A DNA stretch of 24,000 nucleotides from Phycisphaerales bacterium (GCA_022843565.1 JALHNK010000037.1:179-24178), one strand, 5' to 3'; positions 7,151 to 14,978 are shown, counted from the stretch's first letter. The notes: generated from the letters alone by a model not told the origin. Program-made: numbers and translations.

Positions 7151-8404
7151 ATGTGGAGCCTCACCATGCAACTGATTCAGATCAATCGCGTCCGCCCGAT
7201 CGTCTTCTCAAGTCTGATTGCCCTGACGCTCGCCGCCGGGCTCACGCGCCCCTCGTTCGGCGCACCAGAAGACGGCGCAGCGCCCTCAGCCAACACTCCC
7301 GCCGCGAGCGCACCGACCCGCAACATCGCCAAGTGGAATCTCGACTCCGACGAGAAGCTCGGCGTCAGCGGCTTCGACCCGGTGGCCTACTTCCCCGAAG
7401 GCGGCGGCAAGCCGGTCAAGGGCGACAAGAAGTTCGAGGCCGCCGTCGGCGGCGTGAAGTACCACTTCTCCAGCGCAAAGAACCGCGACGCTTTCAAGGC
7501 CAACCCCACCAAATACGAACCCGCCTACGGCGGCTGGTGCGCCTGGGCGGTGCGTGATGGCGAGCAGGTCGAGGTTGATCCCAAGAGCTTCATCGTTCAC
7601 GACAATCGCCTGTTCCTCTTCTACGACGGCTTCTTCGGCGATACCCGCTCCAAATGGGTCAAGCTGAACCACGCTCAGGAAGAAGCCAAGGCCAACACGC
7701 AGTGGAAGAAGATCAGCGGCGAGAACGCCCCGATGCCGATGACCAACCAGCCCGCCGCCACCGGCACGCTCAAAGCCAAGCTCGACGCGGCCTCCGCCAA
7801 GTACGCCGCGAAGATCACGCCCGAGCAAGCCGCCGCTCAGAAACGCGGCATCGAAGAAGTCCGCGCCAGCCTCGCATCGACCAAGCGTCTCGGCGTCGGC
7901 GACTCTGCGCCGAGCTTTGAACTGCCCGATGCCACTGGCAAGCCCGCGTCGCTCAAGTCCATGCTCGCTCAAGGCCCGGTCGTCGTCACGTTCTATCGCG
8001 GCGGTTGGTGCCCGTACTGCAACATCCAGCTTCGCGAGTATCAGCAGGTTCTCCCGGAGATCAAGGCGATGGGCGCACAGCTCGTGGCGATCTCGCCCGA
8101 GAAGCCCGATCAGTCGCTCTCAACTGCCGAGAAGAACTCGCTGGAGTTCAGCGTTCTCTCAGATGCCGGCAGCAAAGCCGCCGCGATGTTCGGCATCGCG
8201 TACGAGCTCACCCCGAGCATCGCGCCGATGGCCCCGATGATCAAGCAGCACAACGCCGAGGGGACGATGCTCCCGCTCAGCGCGACATACGTCATCAACC
8301 GCGACGGCAAGATCGCCTACGCCTTCGTGAACGAGGACTACCGCGTGCGTGCCGAGCCCGCCGAGATCATGGCGGCGCTCGGGTCGCTCCCTTCAGTCAA
8401 GTGA
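7151..8404 (+). CDS. Exported fusion protein: YHS-like domain plus a peroxiredoxin-like/thioredoxin-fold domain with a CPYC motif
   Basis: ORF 7073-8404. I prefer the ATG at 7151 or 7166, followed by a signal peptide (IVFSSLIALTLAAGLTRPSFGA). The N-terminal domain reads GFDPVAYFPEGGGKPVKGDKKFEAAVGGVKYHFSSAKNRDAFKANPTKYEPAYGGWCAWAV. The C-terminal domain reads FELPDATGKPASLKSML..GPVVVTFYRGGWCPYCNIQLREYQ (CPYC at 8009-8020), typical of AhpC/TSA PRX-like2 proteins. Confidence 0.8.
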   Translation: MWSLTMQLIQINRVRPIVFSSLIALTLAAGLTRPSFGAPEDGAAPSANTPAASAPTRNIAKWNLDSDEKLGVSGFDPVAYFPEGGGKPVKGDKKFEAAVGGVKYHFSSAKNRDAFKANPTKYEPAYGGWCAWAVRDGEQVEVDPKSFIVHDNRLFLFYDGFFGDTRSKWVKLNHAQEEAKANTQWKKISGENAPMPMTNQPAATGTLKAKLDAASAKYAAKITPEQAAAQKRGIEEVRASLASTKRLGVGDSAPSFELPDATGKPASLKSMLAQGPVVVTFYRGGWCPYCNIQLREYQQVLPEIKAMGAQLVAISPEKPDQSLSTAEKNSLEFSVLSDAGSKAAAMFGIAYELTPSIAPMAPMIKQHNAEGTMLPLSATYVINRDGKIAYAFVNEDYRVRAEPAEIMAALGSLPSVK

Positions 8405-8513
8405 CGTCCAACCGTTTCCGTCTCGCGCGAATCGCTCCGCGTTCGCCCGGTCTCTCGCCTTGTCCCGCCGGTCTCCACACGCTTCTCATGCATCCGTCTC
8501 AAAGAGACTCCCC

Positions 8514-9023
8514 ATGAACTCCATCGCCGCAACCATGCCCGCGTCCCGCCCGTCATTCATCTCGACGATCGCCCCCCGATGCACCAACCTCTCGATGCCC
8601 GCCAAGGTCGGTGCCTGGGTACTCCAGATCACCGCCGCGGCCATCCTCGGCCAGACCCTCTTCTTCAAGTTCACCGCCGCGCCCGAGCCGGTCTACATCT
8701 TCACGACGCTCGGTGCCGAACCTTGGGGCCGCATCGGCTCCGGTGTTGCCGAGTTGGTCACGGTGCTCTTGCTGCTCACGCCCCGCACCGCGGTGCTCGG
8801 CGCGCTCCTGGCGCTGGGCACCATGGCCGGTGCCATCGCCTCCCACCTTGGCCCCCTGGGCATCGTCATCACCGTCAACGGAGAGAGCGACGGCGGCACG
8901 CTCTTCGGCCTTGCTCTCGGGGTGACTGTCGCCGCAATCGGCGTGCTTGTGCTCCGTCGCTCGCAATTGCTCGCCATGCTCTCGGGCCTGCGCAGCTTTG
9001 CGCTGGCCCGTCCACGTCACTAA
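8514..9023 (+). CDS. DoxX-family integral membrane protein
   Basis: ORF 8349-9023, with candidate starts at 8514, 8535 and 8595 (the last gives about 142 aa, a typical DoxX length). The pattern LGQTLFFKFTAA...FTTLGAEPWGRIGSGVAELVTVLLLLTP...LGTMAGAIASHL matches the DoxX-like layout of four TM helices. Confidence 0.7.
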   Translation: MNSIAATMPASRPSFISTIAPRCTNLSMPAKVGAWVLQITAAAILGQTLFFKFTAAPEPVYIFTTLGAEPWGRIGSGVAELVTVLLLLTPRTAVLGALLALGTMAGAIASHLGPLGIVITVNGESDGGTLFGLALGVTVAAIGVLVLRRSQLLAMLSGLRSFALARPRH

Positions 9024-9087
9024 ATGTTCCTCCCCGGCATCCAATCCCCGGTATCGAATCGAACGTCACCCGGATACTCATCGGCGC

Positions 9088-9699
9088 ATGTCTGATTTTT
9101 CAACAGCCGCGGATCCAACGCTCCTGGACGAACTTCGTCAAGGGTCACCACGCGCGCAAGAGCGGTTCGTTCACGGCGTCGGCCCAACGCTTCTCGCAGT
9201 CGCGCGCCGAATGCTCTCCCGTGAAGAAGACGCCCGCGACGCGGTGCAAGACGCGTTCCTCAGCGCCTTCAAGTCTCTTCACACCTTCGACGGCCGATCG
9301 CAGCTCTCGACATGGATCCACCGCATCCTGATCAACGTCTGCCTCATGAAGCTCCGCTCGCGGAAGCGACGCCCCGAGCGCCCGATCTCTGACTTCCTGC
9401 CGACATACGTCGAAGACGGGCACCAGACCGTCCCGACTCCCAAGTGGCCCGGCATTGATCGCGACGAACCAACACTGCCGGGCAAGCTGAGCGAGCAGGT
9501 TCGAGCACAGTTCGAGCAGCTTCCTGAATCGCATCGCGTGGTCATCATGCTGCGAGACATCGAGGGGCTCAGCACGGAAGAGACCGCCGCGGCCCTTGAG
9601 ATCACCACCGACGCCGTCAAGATCCGACTCCATCGCGCCCGGCAGGCACTGCGGGCGCTCCTGGAACCAATCGTCCTCGCAGAACGGGAATCCGACTGA
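9088..9699 (+). CDS. ECF-type RNA polymerase sigma-70 family factor
   Basis: ORF 8947-9699. I prefer the ATG at 9088 (MSDFSTAADPTLLDELRQG). Region 2 reads DAVQDAFLSAFKSLHTFDGRSQLSTWIHRILINVCLMKLR. Region 4 reads LPESHRVVIMLRDIEGLSTEETAAALEITTDAVKIRLHRARQALR. Confidence 0.9.
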   Translation: MSDFSTAADPTLLDELRQGSPRAQERFVHGVGPTLLAVARRMLSREEDARDAVQDAFLSAFKSLHTFDGRSQLSTWIHRILINVCLMKLRSRKRRPERPISDFLPTYVEDGHQTVPTPKWPGIDRDEPTLPGKLSEQVRAQFEQLPESHRVVIMLRDIEGLSTEETAAALEITTDAVKIRLHRARQALRALLEPIVLAERESD

Positions 9700-10016
9700 T
9701 GTTCAACCCAAGCACATTCAAATCAGGGCCCGACGGCATCACCTGCCGCGACGTGATCGAGACGCTGATGGCGTACATCGATGGCGAGCTCTCGCCGCAC
9801 GATCGCGCCGAGATCGAGAAGCACCTGAGCATCTGCCGCTCCTGCGTGAACTATCTCGAGAGCTATCGCGCCTCGGTCCGCGCCGCGGCTGAGGCCATGC
9901 GGTCACACTCGCCGCCGACGCCCATGCCCGACGACCTCGTGCGAGCGATCCTCAAAGCCCGGAACACGTTCGATCGTCCGGATGCGAGTTCACCAAATGC
10001 GCCACCGACCCCGTAA
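9699..10016 (+). CDS. Soluble zinc-binding (ZAS, HxxxCxxC) anti-sigma factor
   Basis: The start ATG shares one nucleotide with the sigma gene stop (TGATG, 9697-9701). The motif CRDVIETLMAYIDGELSPHDRAEIEKHLSICRSC gives C16-x25-H42-x3-C46-x2-C49. The 105-aa product has no hydrophobic helix. Confidence 0.8.
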   Translation: MFNPSTFKSGPDGITCRDVIETLMAYIDGELSPHDRAEIEKHLSICRSCVNYLESYRASVRAAAEAMRSHSPPTPMPDDLVRAILKARNTFDRPDASSPNAPPTP

Positions 10017-10064
10017 CGCGCTCCGACGCGTCATCCCCGATCAGCACCGCTCACCTCGTTTACC

Positions 10065-10355
10065 GTGACCATCGACACCGTCAACGTCATCACGCTGCTC
10101 GTTTCGCTGTACGCCGTGATCGGTGTCGCAGTGGGCGTTGCCTTTGTCATGCGCGTGGTGAATCGTGTTGACTCCAGCGCGACCGGTGCCGGTCTCATGT
10201 TCCGATTGACAATCCTCCCAGCCGCCGCGGCGCTCTGGCCGGTGACACTTCGGCTCGTGGCCCGCGCGAGCGCCAGCCCCGCGCCCCACGCTGTCGCCGG
10301 TCAGGAGCACGGCACCGTCCGCCCAGCCGCCCAAGACACCGGGGGCACACGATGA
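10065..10355 (+). CDS. Small hypothetical membrane protein (96 aa, two predicted TM helices)
   Basis: GTG start with no obvious SD. It has GC3 bias and hydrophobic segments (VITLLVSLYAVIGVAVGVAFVM, MFRLTILPAAAALWPVTLRLV). The stop overlaps the next start (ATGA). Confidence 0.45.
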   Translation: MTIDTVNVITLLVSLYAVIGVAVGVAFVMRVVNRVDSSATGAGLMFRLTILPAAAALWPVTLRLVARASASPAPHAVAGQEHGTVRPAAQDTGGTR

Positions 10356-10543
10356 CGCGCCGCCAGCGCCTCGCCCACCTTGTGTTCTGGATCGTCACGC
10401 CGATGATCGTGGCCGCGATCATCCTCATCGCGTGGCAACATCGCGACCGGCTCGCCAATCGCCTGAGCGAACCCGCGCCGACCACGGCCCCGAGCTCGCC
10501 ATCGCCGCCCGCCGCCCCTCCCGCCACCGGAGGCCGCCCATGA
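10352..10543 (+). CDS. Small hypothetical membrane protein (63 aa, one TM helix, Pro/Ala-rich tail)
   Basis: There are ATGA overlaps at both ends (10352-10355 and 10540-10543). The TM helix is LVFWIVTPMIVAAIILIAW. A GGGGG run lies upstream of the start. Confidence 0.45.
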   Translation: MTRRQRLAHLVFWIVTPMIVAAIILIAWQHRDRLANRLSEPAPTTAPSSPSPPAAPPATGGRP

Positions 10544-11610
10544 GCCTCGGCTATCGCGCCATCCAGTGGAGCCGCCCAAAGGTCCTCTACGACCTCAGCG
10601 CCGCCGCCTGTGTCGTGGCCTTCCTCGGCACCTACATCATCGCAACCCGTCTGTCACTCGACGCATCACACGCCCCCAGCGACGAAATCCTCGCCATCTC
10701 AGCCCTCGGCGCCTGCGCCGTCACGCTCCTGCACATCGTCCTTGCGATCGGCCCGCTGGCACGCCTGACCCCGCGCATGAGCCCGATCCTCTTCAACCGG
10801 CGCCACCTCGGCGTCCTGACGTTCTTGGTTTCCCTTGCGCACGCCCTCCTGGCGTTCGGCTACTACCACGGCTTCGGTGTGGTCTCACCACTTCGTTCGT
10901 TCCTCACGAGCAATACCAACTTCGGCGAAGTCGGAGCGTTCCCCTTTGAGCTCCTGGGGGCCGCCGCTCTGGTGATCCTGTTCCTCCTGGCCGCCACGAG
11001 CCACGACTTCTGGCTCAAGAACCTCAGCGCGAAATCGTGGAAGCGGCTGCACTTCGGCGTCTACATCGCCTACGCCCTCGTCATGGCCCACGTGGCGCTC
11101 GGCGCGATGCAGGATCGCGCAGGGCCGATCTCCCCGCTGCTCATGCTCGTCGGCGCCGTCGTGTTGTCCTCGCTCCACATCGCAGCCGGACTTCGCGAAC
11201 ACTCGCGAGATCGACGTCTCAGCCGTCCCAAACAGTCCGACGATGGATGGATCGACGCCGGGCCCGCATCGTCCATCCCGCTCGATCGCGCCCGCGTCAT
11301 CGACACACCGGCCGGTGAGCGACTCGCAGTCTTCCGACACGCTGGCGGCGTCTCCTGCGTCACCAACGTCTGCGCGCACCAGGGCGGACCGCTCGGCGAG
11401 GGACGCGTCGTCGACGGCTGCATCACCTGCCCTTGGCACGGCTGGCAATATCGCCCAGAAAACGGCCGCGCCCCCGCTCCGTTCACTGAGAAGATCCCGA
11501 CGCATCAGGTTCGCATCGTCGCCGGGCGCGTCCTCGTCAATCCCGCTGCGCTGCCGCCGGGAACTCCCGTCACGCCCGCGTTGATCACGGGGGGAGCGGA
11601 CCATGTCTGA
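10540..11610 (+). CDS. Ferric-reductase-type (haem b) six-TM domain fused to a C-terminal Rieske [2Fe-2S] domain
   Basis: ORF 10432-11610. I prefer the ATG at 10540, with GGAGG at 10529-10533 and an ATGA overlap. His pairs occur in RRHLGVLTFLVSLAH (H-x11-H) and RLHFGVYIAYALVMAH (H-x12-H), inside predicted TM3 and TM5. The Rieske box is CAHQGGPLGEGRVVDGCITCPWHGWQY (CxH-x16-CxxH). Confidence 0.8.
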   Translation: MSLGYRAIQWSRPKVLYDLSAAACVVAFLGTYIIATRLSLDASHAPSDEILAISALGACAVTLLHIVLAIGPLARLTPRMSPILFNRRHLGVLTFLVSLAHALLAFGYYHGFGVVSPLRSFLTSNTNFGEVGAFPFELLGAAALVILFLLAATSHDFWLKNLSAKSWKRLHFGVYIAYALVMAHVALGAMQDRAGPISPLLMLVGAVVLSSLHIAAGLREHSRDRRLSRPKQSDDGWIDAGPASSIPLDRARVIDTPAGERLAVFRHAGGVSCVTNVCAHQGGPLGEGRVVDGCITCPWHGWQYRPENGRAPAPFTEKIPTHQVRIVAGRVLVNPAALPPGTPVTPALITGGADHV

Positions 11611-12385
11611 CCTCAACCCGCGCGAGCCCGCCGTCCCGTTCTATGTGAACTACCTGCCGCTGCACCCGGTGCTGCGCCGCTCGATGCTGGCTTTCCTTGG
11701 CTCTGCGCTTGGCCTGGCGATCTGCGTCGCAAGCGTCTGGTCGATGAACCGCGCCGACCCCGGAAGCGCGACGTGGGATGACGGTCGCTCGCGAACCTTC
11801 TCGGGCGTTCTGATCCCCGGGCCGTATCCGATGCTCCTTACGACCGACCCGCAAACCGGGCTCGATCGCACCATGCTCCTGGTCGAAGTCGGCAAGCGCG
11901 GCGTGCAATCCCGCTTCAACGAAACAGCCCCGCGCCACATCGAGCTTTCCGGCTGGCTGCTCACCAGAGATGATCGCACGATGCTCGAACTCGAACCCGA
12001 GCAGACCGTACGGAGCTCCACGCAGCCCCAACCGCCCATCGACATTGGCCGCGTCAGCGAGCGCCCCGGCTCGCCGGAGATCGTTCAACTCCGCGGCGAG
12101 ATCGTCGATTCAAAGTGCTACTTCGGTGCCATGAAGCCCGGATCCGGCAAAGCCCACAAGGCCTGCGCCACACTTTGCGTTCGTGGCGGCATCGCCCCCG
12201 TCCTCGTGGTCACCTCGCCCGGCAACGGCCCCCGCGCGTACTTGATCCGCGGCTCAAGCGCTGGCGCGCTGCCGCAACTCGTCGAGCACCTGATCGCCGA
12301 TCCCGTCGAAGTCACGGGCGAGCACACCATCCTCGGTGATCTGCACATCCTGACAATCTCCGCTGGCAACGCGCGGAGGCTCTAG
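11603..12385 (+). CDS. Hypothetical membrane-anchored protein with a C-x15-C-x3-C motif
   Basis: The ATG at 11603 overlaps the upstream gene by 8 nt, with GGGGAGCGGA upstream. There is a single N-terminal TM helix (MLAFLGSALGLAICVASVW). The C-terminal part contains DSKCYFGAMKPGSGKAHKACATLCVRGGIAP. I recognise no family. Confidence 0.6.
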   Translation: MSDLNPREPAVPFYVNYLPLHPVLRRSMLAFLGSALGLAICVASVWSMNRADPGSATWDDGRSRTFSGVLIPGPYPMLLTTDPQTGLDRTMLLVEVGKRGVQSRFNETAPRHIELSGWLLTRDDRTMLELEPEQTVRSSTQPQPPIDIGRVSERPGSPEIVQLRGEIVDSKCYFGAMKPGSGKAHKACATLCVRGGIAPVLVVTSPGNGPRAYLIRGSSAGALPQLVEHLIADPVEVTGEHTILGDLHILTISAGNARRL

Positions 12386-12433
12386 AACACCCGGGCGACC
12401 CACAGACTGCCTCATTCGTTCGCTGATTCAACC

Positions 12434-13069
12434 ATGAACACCTCCGCCCCAACGTCCGTGTCATCGCTCCGCTCCGGTGAGTTTCCCTCCGCCCGAAACG
12501 GCGCCCAAGCCCCGACACACCCGACGCCCTGCCCACGCCCGAGCCCGGTCGTTGAGCTCACCTCCGCCATCAACGTCGTGCTGCGCGAGCTCCACGCGAT
12601 GATCAACACGATCTCCGACGAGAGCTACACCCAGCGCTCGTCCGCCCAGTTCATGCACGCGACCATCGGCGGGCACGTGCGCCACTCGATTGATCACCTC
12701 GCCGCGCTCGCCGATGGAATCGCCACCGGCGTCGTCGCCTACGACCGGCGCGCCCGCGGCACACCCGTCGAGACCGATCGCAACGCCGCCGCCATCGAGC
12801 TCGCCCGCCTCGCGACCGCCTTCGAATCGCTCGGCGAAGTCGATCCCGCTCACCCGCTCACGATCGAAGTGATGGCCACGCGCTCCGGCACCTTTCAGGC
12901 GGTGACATCAACGCTCGCCAGAGAGCTGGCGTTCGTACTCAGCCACACCGTTCATCACCAAGCCACGCTGCGCGGCATGGTTGTCGCCTGCGGCGTGACC
13001 GTTCCGGAGAACTTCGGTTTCGCAAACGCCACCATCGCCCAGAAGGACGCCGGCCCGTGTGTACGCTGA
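12434..13069 (+). CDS. DinB-superfamily protein (metal-dependent four-helix bundle)
   Basis: The His motifs are GGHVRHSIDHLAAL and LSHTVHHQATLRGM, with a helix-rich sequence between them. The N-terminal 40 aa are low-complexity. Confidence 0.7.
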   Translation: MNTSAPTSVSSLRSGEFPSARNGAQAPTHPTPCPRPSPVVELTSAINVVLRELHAMINTISDESYTQRSSAQFMHATIGGHVRHSIDHLAALADGIATGVVAYDRRARGTPVETDRNAAAIELARLATAFESLGEVDPAHPLTIEVMATRSGTFQAVTSTLARELAFVLSHTVHHQATLRGMVVACGVTVPENFGFANATIAQKDAGPCVR

Positions 13070-13887
13070 CGATCATGCGGACGCGCGGCACGCCCACGGC
13101 CGCTCCGGCCTCATCGCCCGGAGCGCTGGTGATGCGAATGGTCATGAATCGCGACGAGCAGCGATCCCGACCGCCGGGCATCGGTCCTCGCGTTGTTCTG
13201 TGCGGACATCGCAGCGCGATCATGCCCATCGACCCCGTCTCCGGCGGGAGCTGGGTGGGCTGCAACGATCGCGCCGTCGTCGTCGCACTCCTGAACGCGA
13301 CAAGCACACCGCCGCGCTCGGGCGTTCCCGTCGCCACAGGCACACCGACACGCTCGCGCGGCGTGATCGTGCCCATGCTGCTGGCGGCCGCGAACCTGCA
13401 CGAGGCGCTCGACATCGCCACATCGCTCGAGCCCCAGGAGTTCCCCGCCTTCCGTGTCCTGATCGCCGTTGCCACGCGATGCGTCGTCCTTCACGCCGAT
13501 GGCCGCTCGATCAGCGTCCATCGCACGAGCGATCTCAGCAGACCGGTGATGCTGACGAGCTCAGGCCTCGGCGATGAGCTCGTCCAAGCCCCGCGCGGGC
13601 GCGAGTTCGAACGGGCGTTCGCAGCAGCGATGTCACCGAACACTGCCACGTCGCTGCACGCAAACCTCGCGGCGCAAGACGCGTTTCACATGCTGACGGA
13701 TCCACATTACCCCGAGCTGGCAGTCTGCATGGCCCGCGCCGACGCCCGCACCGTGAGCGTCACGACGCTCGATGTCTTCGAGGACCGGGCGGAGATGACG
13801 TGTCAGCCGCTGCGCGACGACCTGACTCGGGACGGCAGGCCGCAGCCCGCCAACATCCAGTTCACGCCTCACGAGGCGATTCGATGA
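13057..13887 (+). CDS. NRDE-family (TANGO2-like) protein
   Basis: A GTG start gives MCTLTI (Cys2). The family signature is VMNRDEQRSRP, followed by DPVSGGSWVGCNDRAVVVALLN and TRSRGVIV blocks. It overlaps the DinB gene by 13 nt, and its stop overlaps the next start (ATGA, 13884-13887). Confidence 0.75.
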   Translation: MCTLTIMRTRGTPTAAPASSPGALVMRMVMNRDEQRSRPPGIGPRVVLCGHRSAIMPIDPVSGGSWVGCNDRAVVVALLNATSTPPRSGVPVATGTPTRSRGVIVPMLLAAANLHEALDIATSLEPQEFPAFRVLIAVATRCVVLHADGRSISVHRTSDLSRPVMLTSSGLGDELVQAPRGREFERAFAAAMSPNTATSLHANLAAQDAFHMLTDPHYPELAVCMARADARTVSVTTLDVFEDRAEMTCQPLRDDLTRDGRPQPANIQFTPHEAIR

Positions 13888-14978
13888 TCGCCTCCTCGAC
13901 GATGTCGCCGTCGGAGCTGCGACGACTCCGCTTCGCTGCGTGGCTCGGGCGCTGGCAACGCTGGGAGTTCTGGTCCGCGTGGTGGGTCTACGCGCCGCTC
14001 GTGCCTTGGATCGTCTGGTACGCGATCAAGTCACGCCGCCCGATGGGCTTCACCGCCGTCAATCCGGCGATCCCCGCCGGCGGTGCCGTGGGCGAATCCA
14101 AGTCCCAGATCCTCGCGGCTCTGCCGAGCGATCGCGTGCTGAAGTACGAACTGCTCGCGCCCGGCCCGATCGACGCGCGATTGGCGACACTCGACGCCTT
14201 CATGGCCCGCGTCCGCACCACGTGGCCCATCATCCTCAAGCCCGACATCGGCGAGCGCGGCACCGGCGTGCGACGCATCCCAAACCCACCCGCCGCCCGC
14301 GCGTACCTTGAACGCTTCACATCCAACGTCATCGCTCAGGTCTATCACCCAGGCCCGCGCGAGGTTGGCGTCTTCTACGCGCGCGTCCCTGGCGAGACCC
14401 GCGGGCGAATCCTCGGCGTCACCGCCAAGCACTTCCCACGCGTCATCGGTGACGGTCGCTCCAGCGCTCGCGAGTTGATCTGGCGACATCCGCGCCTGCG
14501 GTTTCAGGCCGCGGTGTTCCTGGATCGCCTGGGCGCCGACGCAGATCGCCGCCTCGGCGCCGAAGAATCGCTCCAGTTGGGGGTGATTGGCAACCACTGC
14601 CGGGGCACGATGTTCACCGATGCGCCGGAGCTGGCGACCGAGGCTCTGGCGCGTGCACTGGACGAAATCACCGCCGAATCGGCTGGAATTGAGTTCGGTC
14701 GCTTTGACCTCCGCTACGCCGACGACGAAGAGCTTCGGCAAGGGCGAGGGTTCGCGGTCGTCGAGTTTAACGGTGTCTTCGCAGAAAACACCAGCATCTA
14801 TGACCCCAATTGTGCATTCTGGAAAGGTCAGCGGAAGCTGCGAGAGCAATGGAAGCTCGCGTGCGAGATCGGGGCCCGACGCGTGGGCGCAGGCTCGCGG
14901 GCGACGGGTCCGATCCAGTTGCTCAGAATGGTCTTCGCCCACCGGCGTCGGGCCGGGGCAGGAGAAGGTTCAGATTAA
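13884..14978 (+). CDS. ATP-grasp family ligase with a hydrophobic Trp-rich N-terminal segment
   Basis: ORF 13800-14978. I prefer the ATG at 13884 (ATGA coupling). The N-terminal segment reads WEFWSAWWVYAPLVPWIVWYAI. ATP-grasp-like blocks are WPIILKPDIGERGTGVRRI, VIAQVYHPGPREVGVFYAR and EFGRFDLRY...FAVVEFNGVFAENTSIYDP. Confidence 0.7.
   Translation: MIASSTMSPSELRRLRFAAWLGRWQRWEFWSAWWVYAPLVPWIVWYAIKSRRPMGFTAVNPAIPAGGAVGESKSQILAALPSDRVLKYELLAPGPIDARLATLDAFMARVRTTWPIILKPDIGERGTGVRRIPNPPAARAYLERFTSNVIAQVYHPGPREVGVFYARVPGETRGRILGVTAKHFPRVIGDGRSSARELIWRHPRLRFQAAVFLDRLGADADRRLGAEESLQLGVIGNHCRGTMFTDAPELATEALARALDEITAESAGIEFGRFDLRYADDEELRQGRGFAVVEFNGVFAENTSIYDPNCAFWKGQRKLREQWKLACEIGARRVGAGSRATGPIQLLRMVFAHRRRAGAGEGSD

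Noticed and set aside
9024-9087. Autoregulated ECF promoter (GGAAC/GGAAT -35 and CGTC/GTT -10) upstream of the sigma gene
   Set aside because: I found CGAAT and GAACGTC fragments, but no pair with the required spacing of about 16-18 nt. I cannot support a promoter call by eye.
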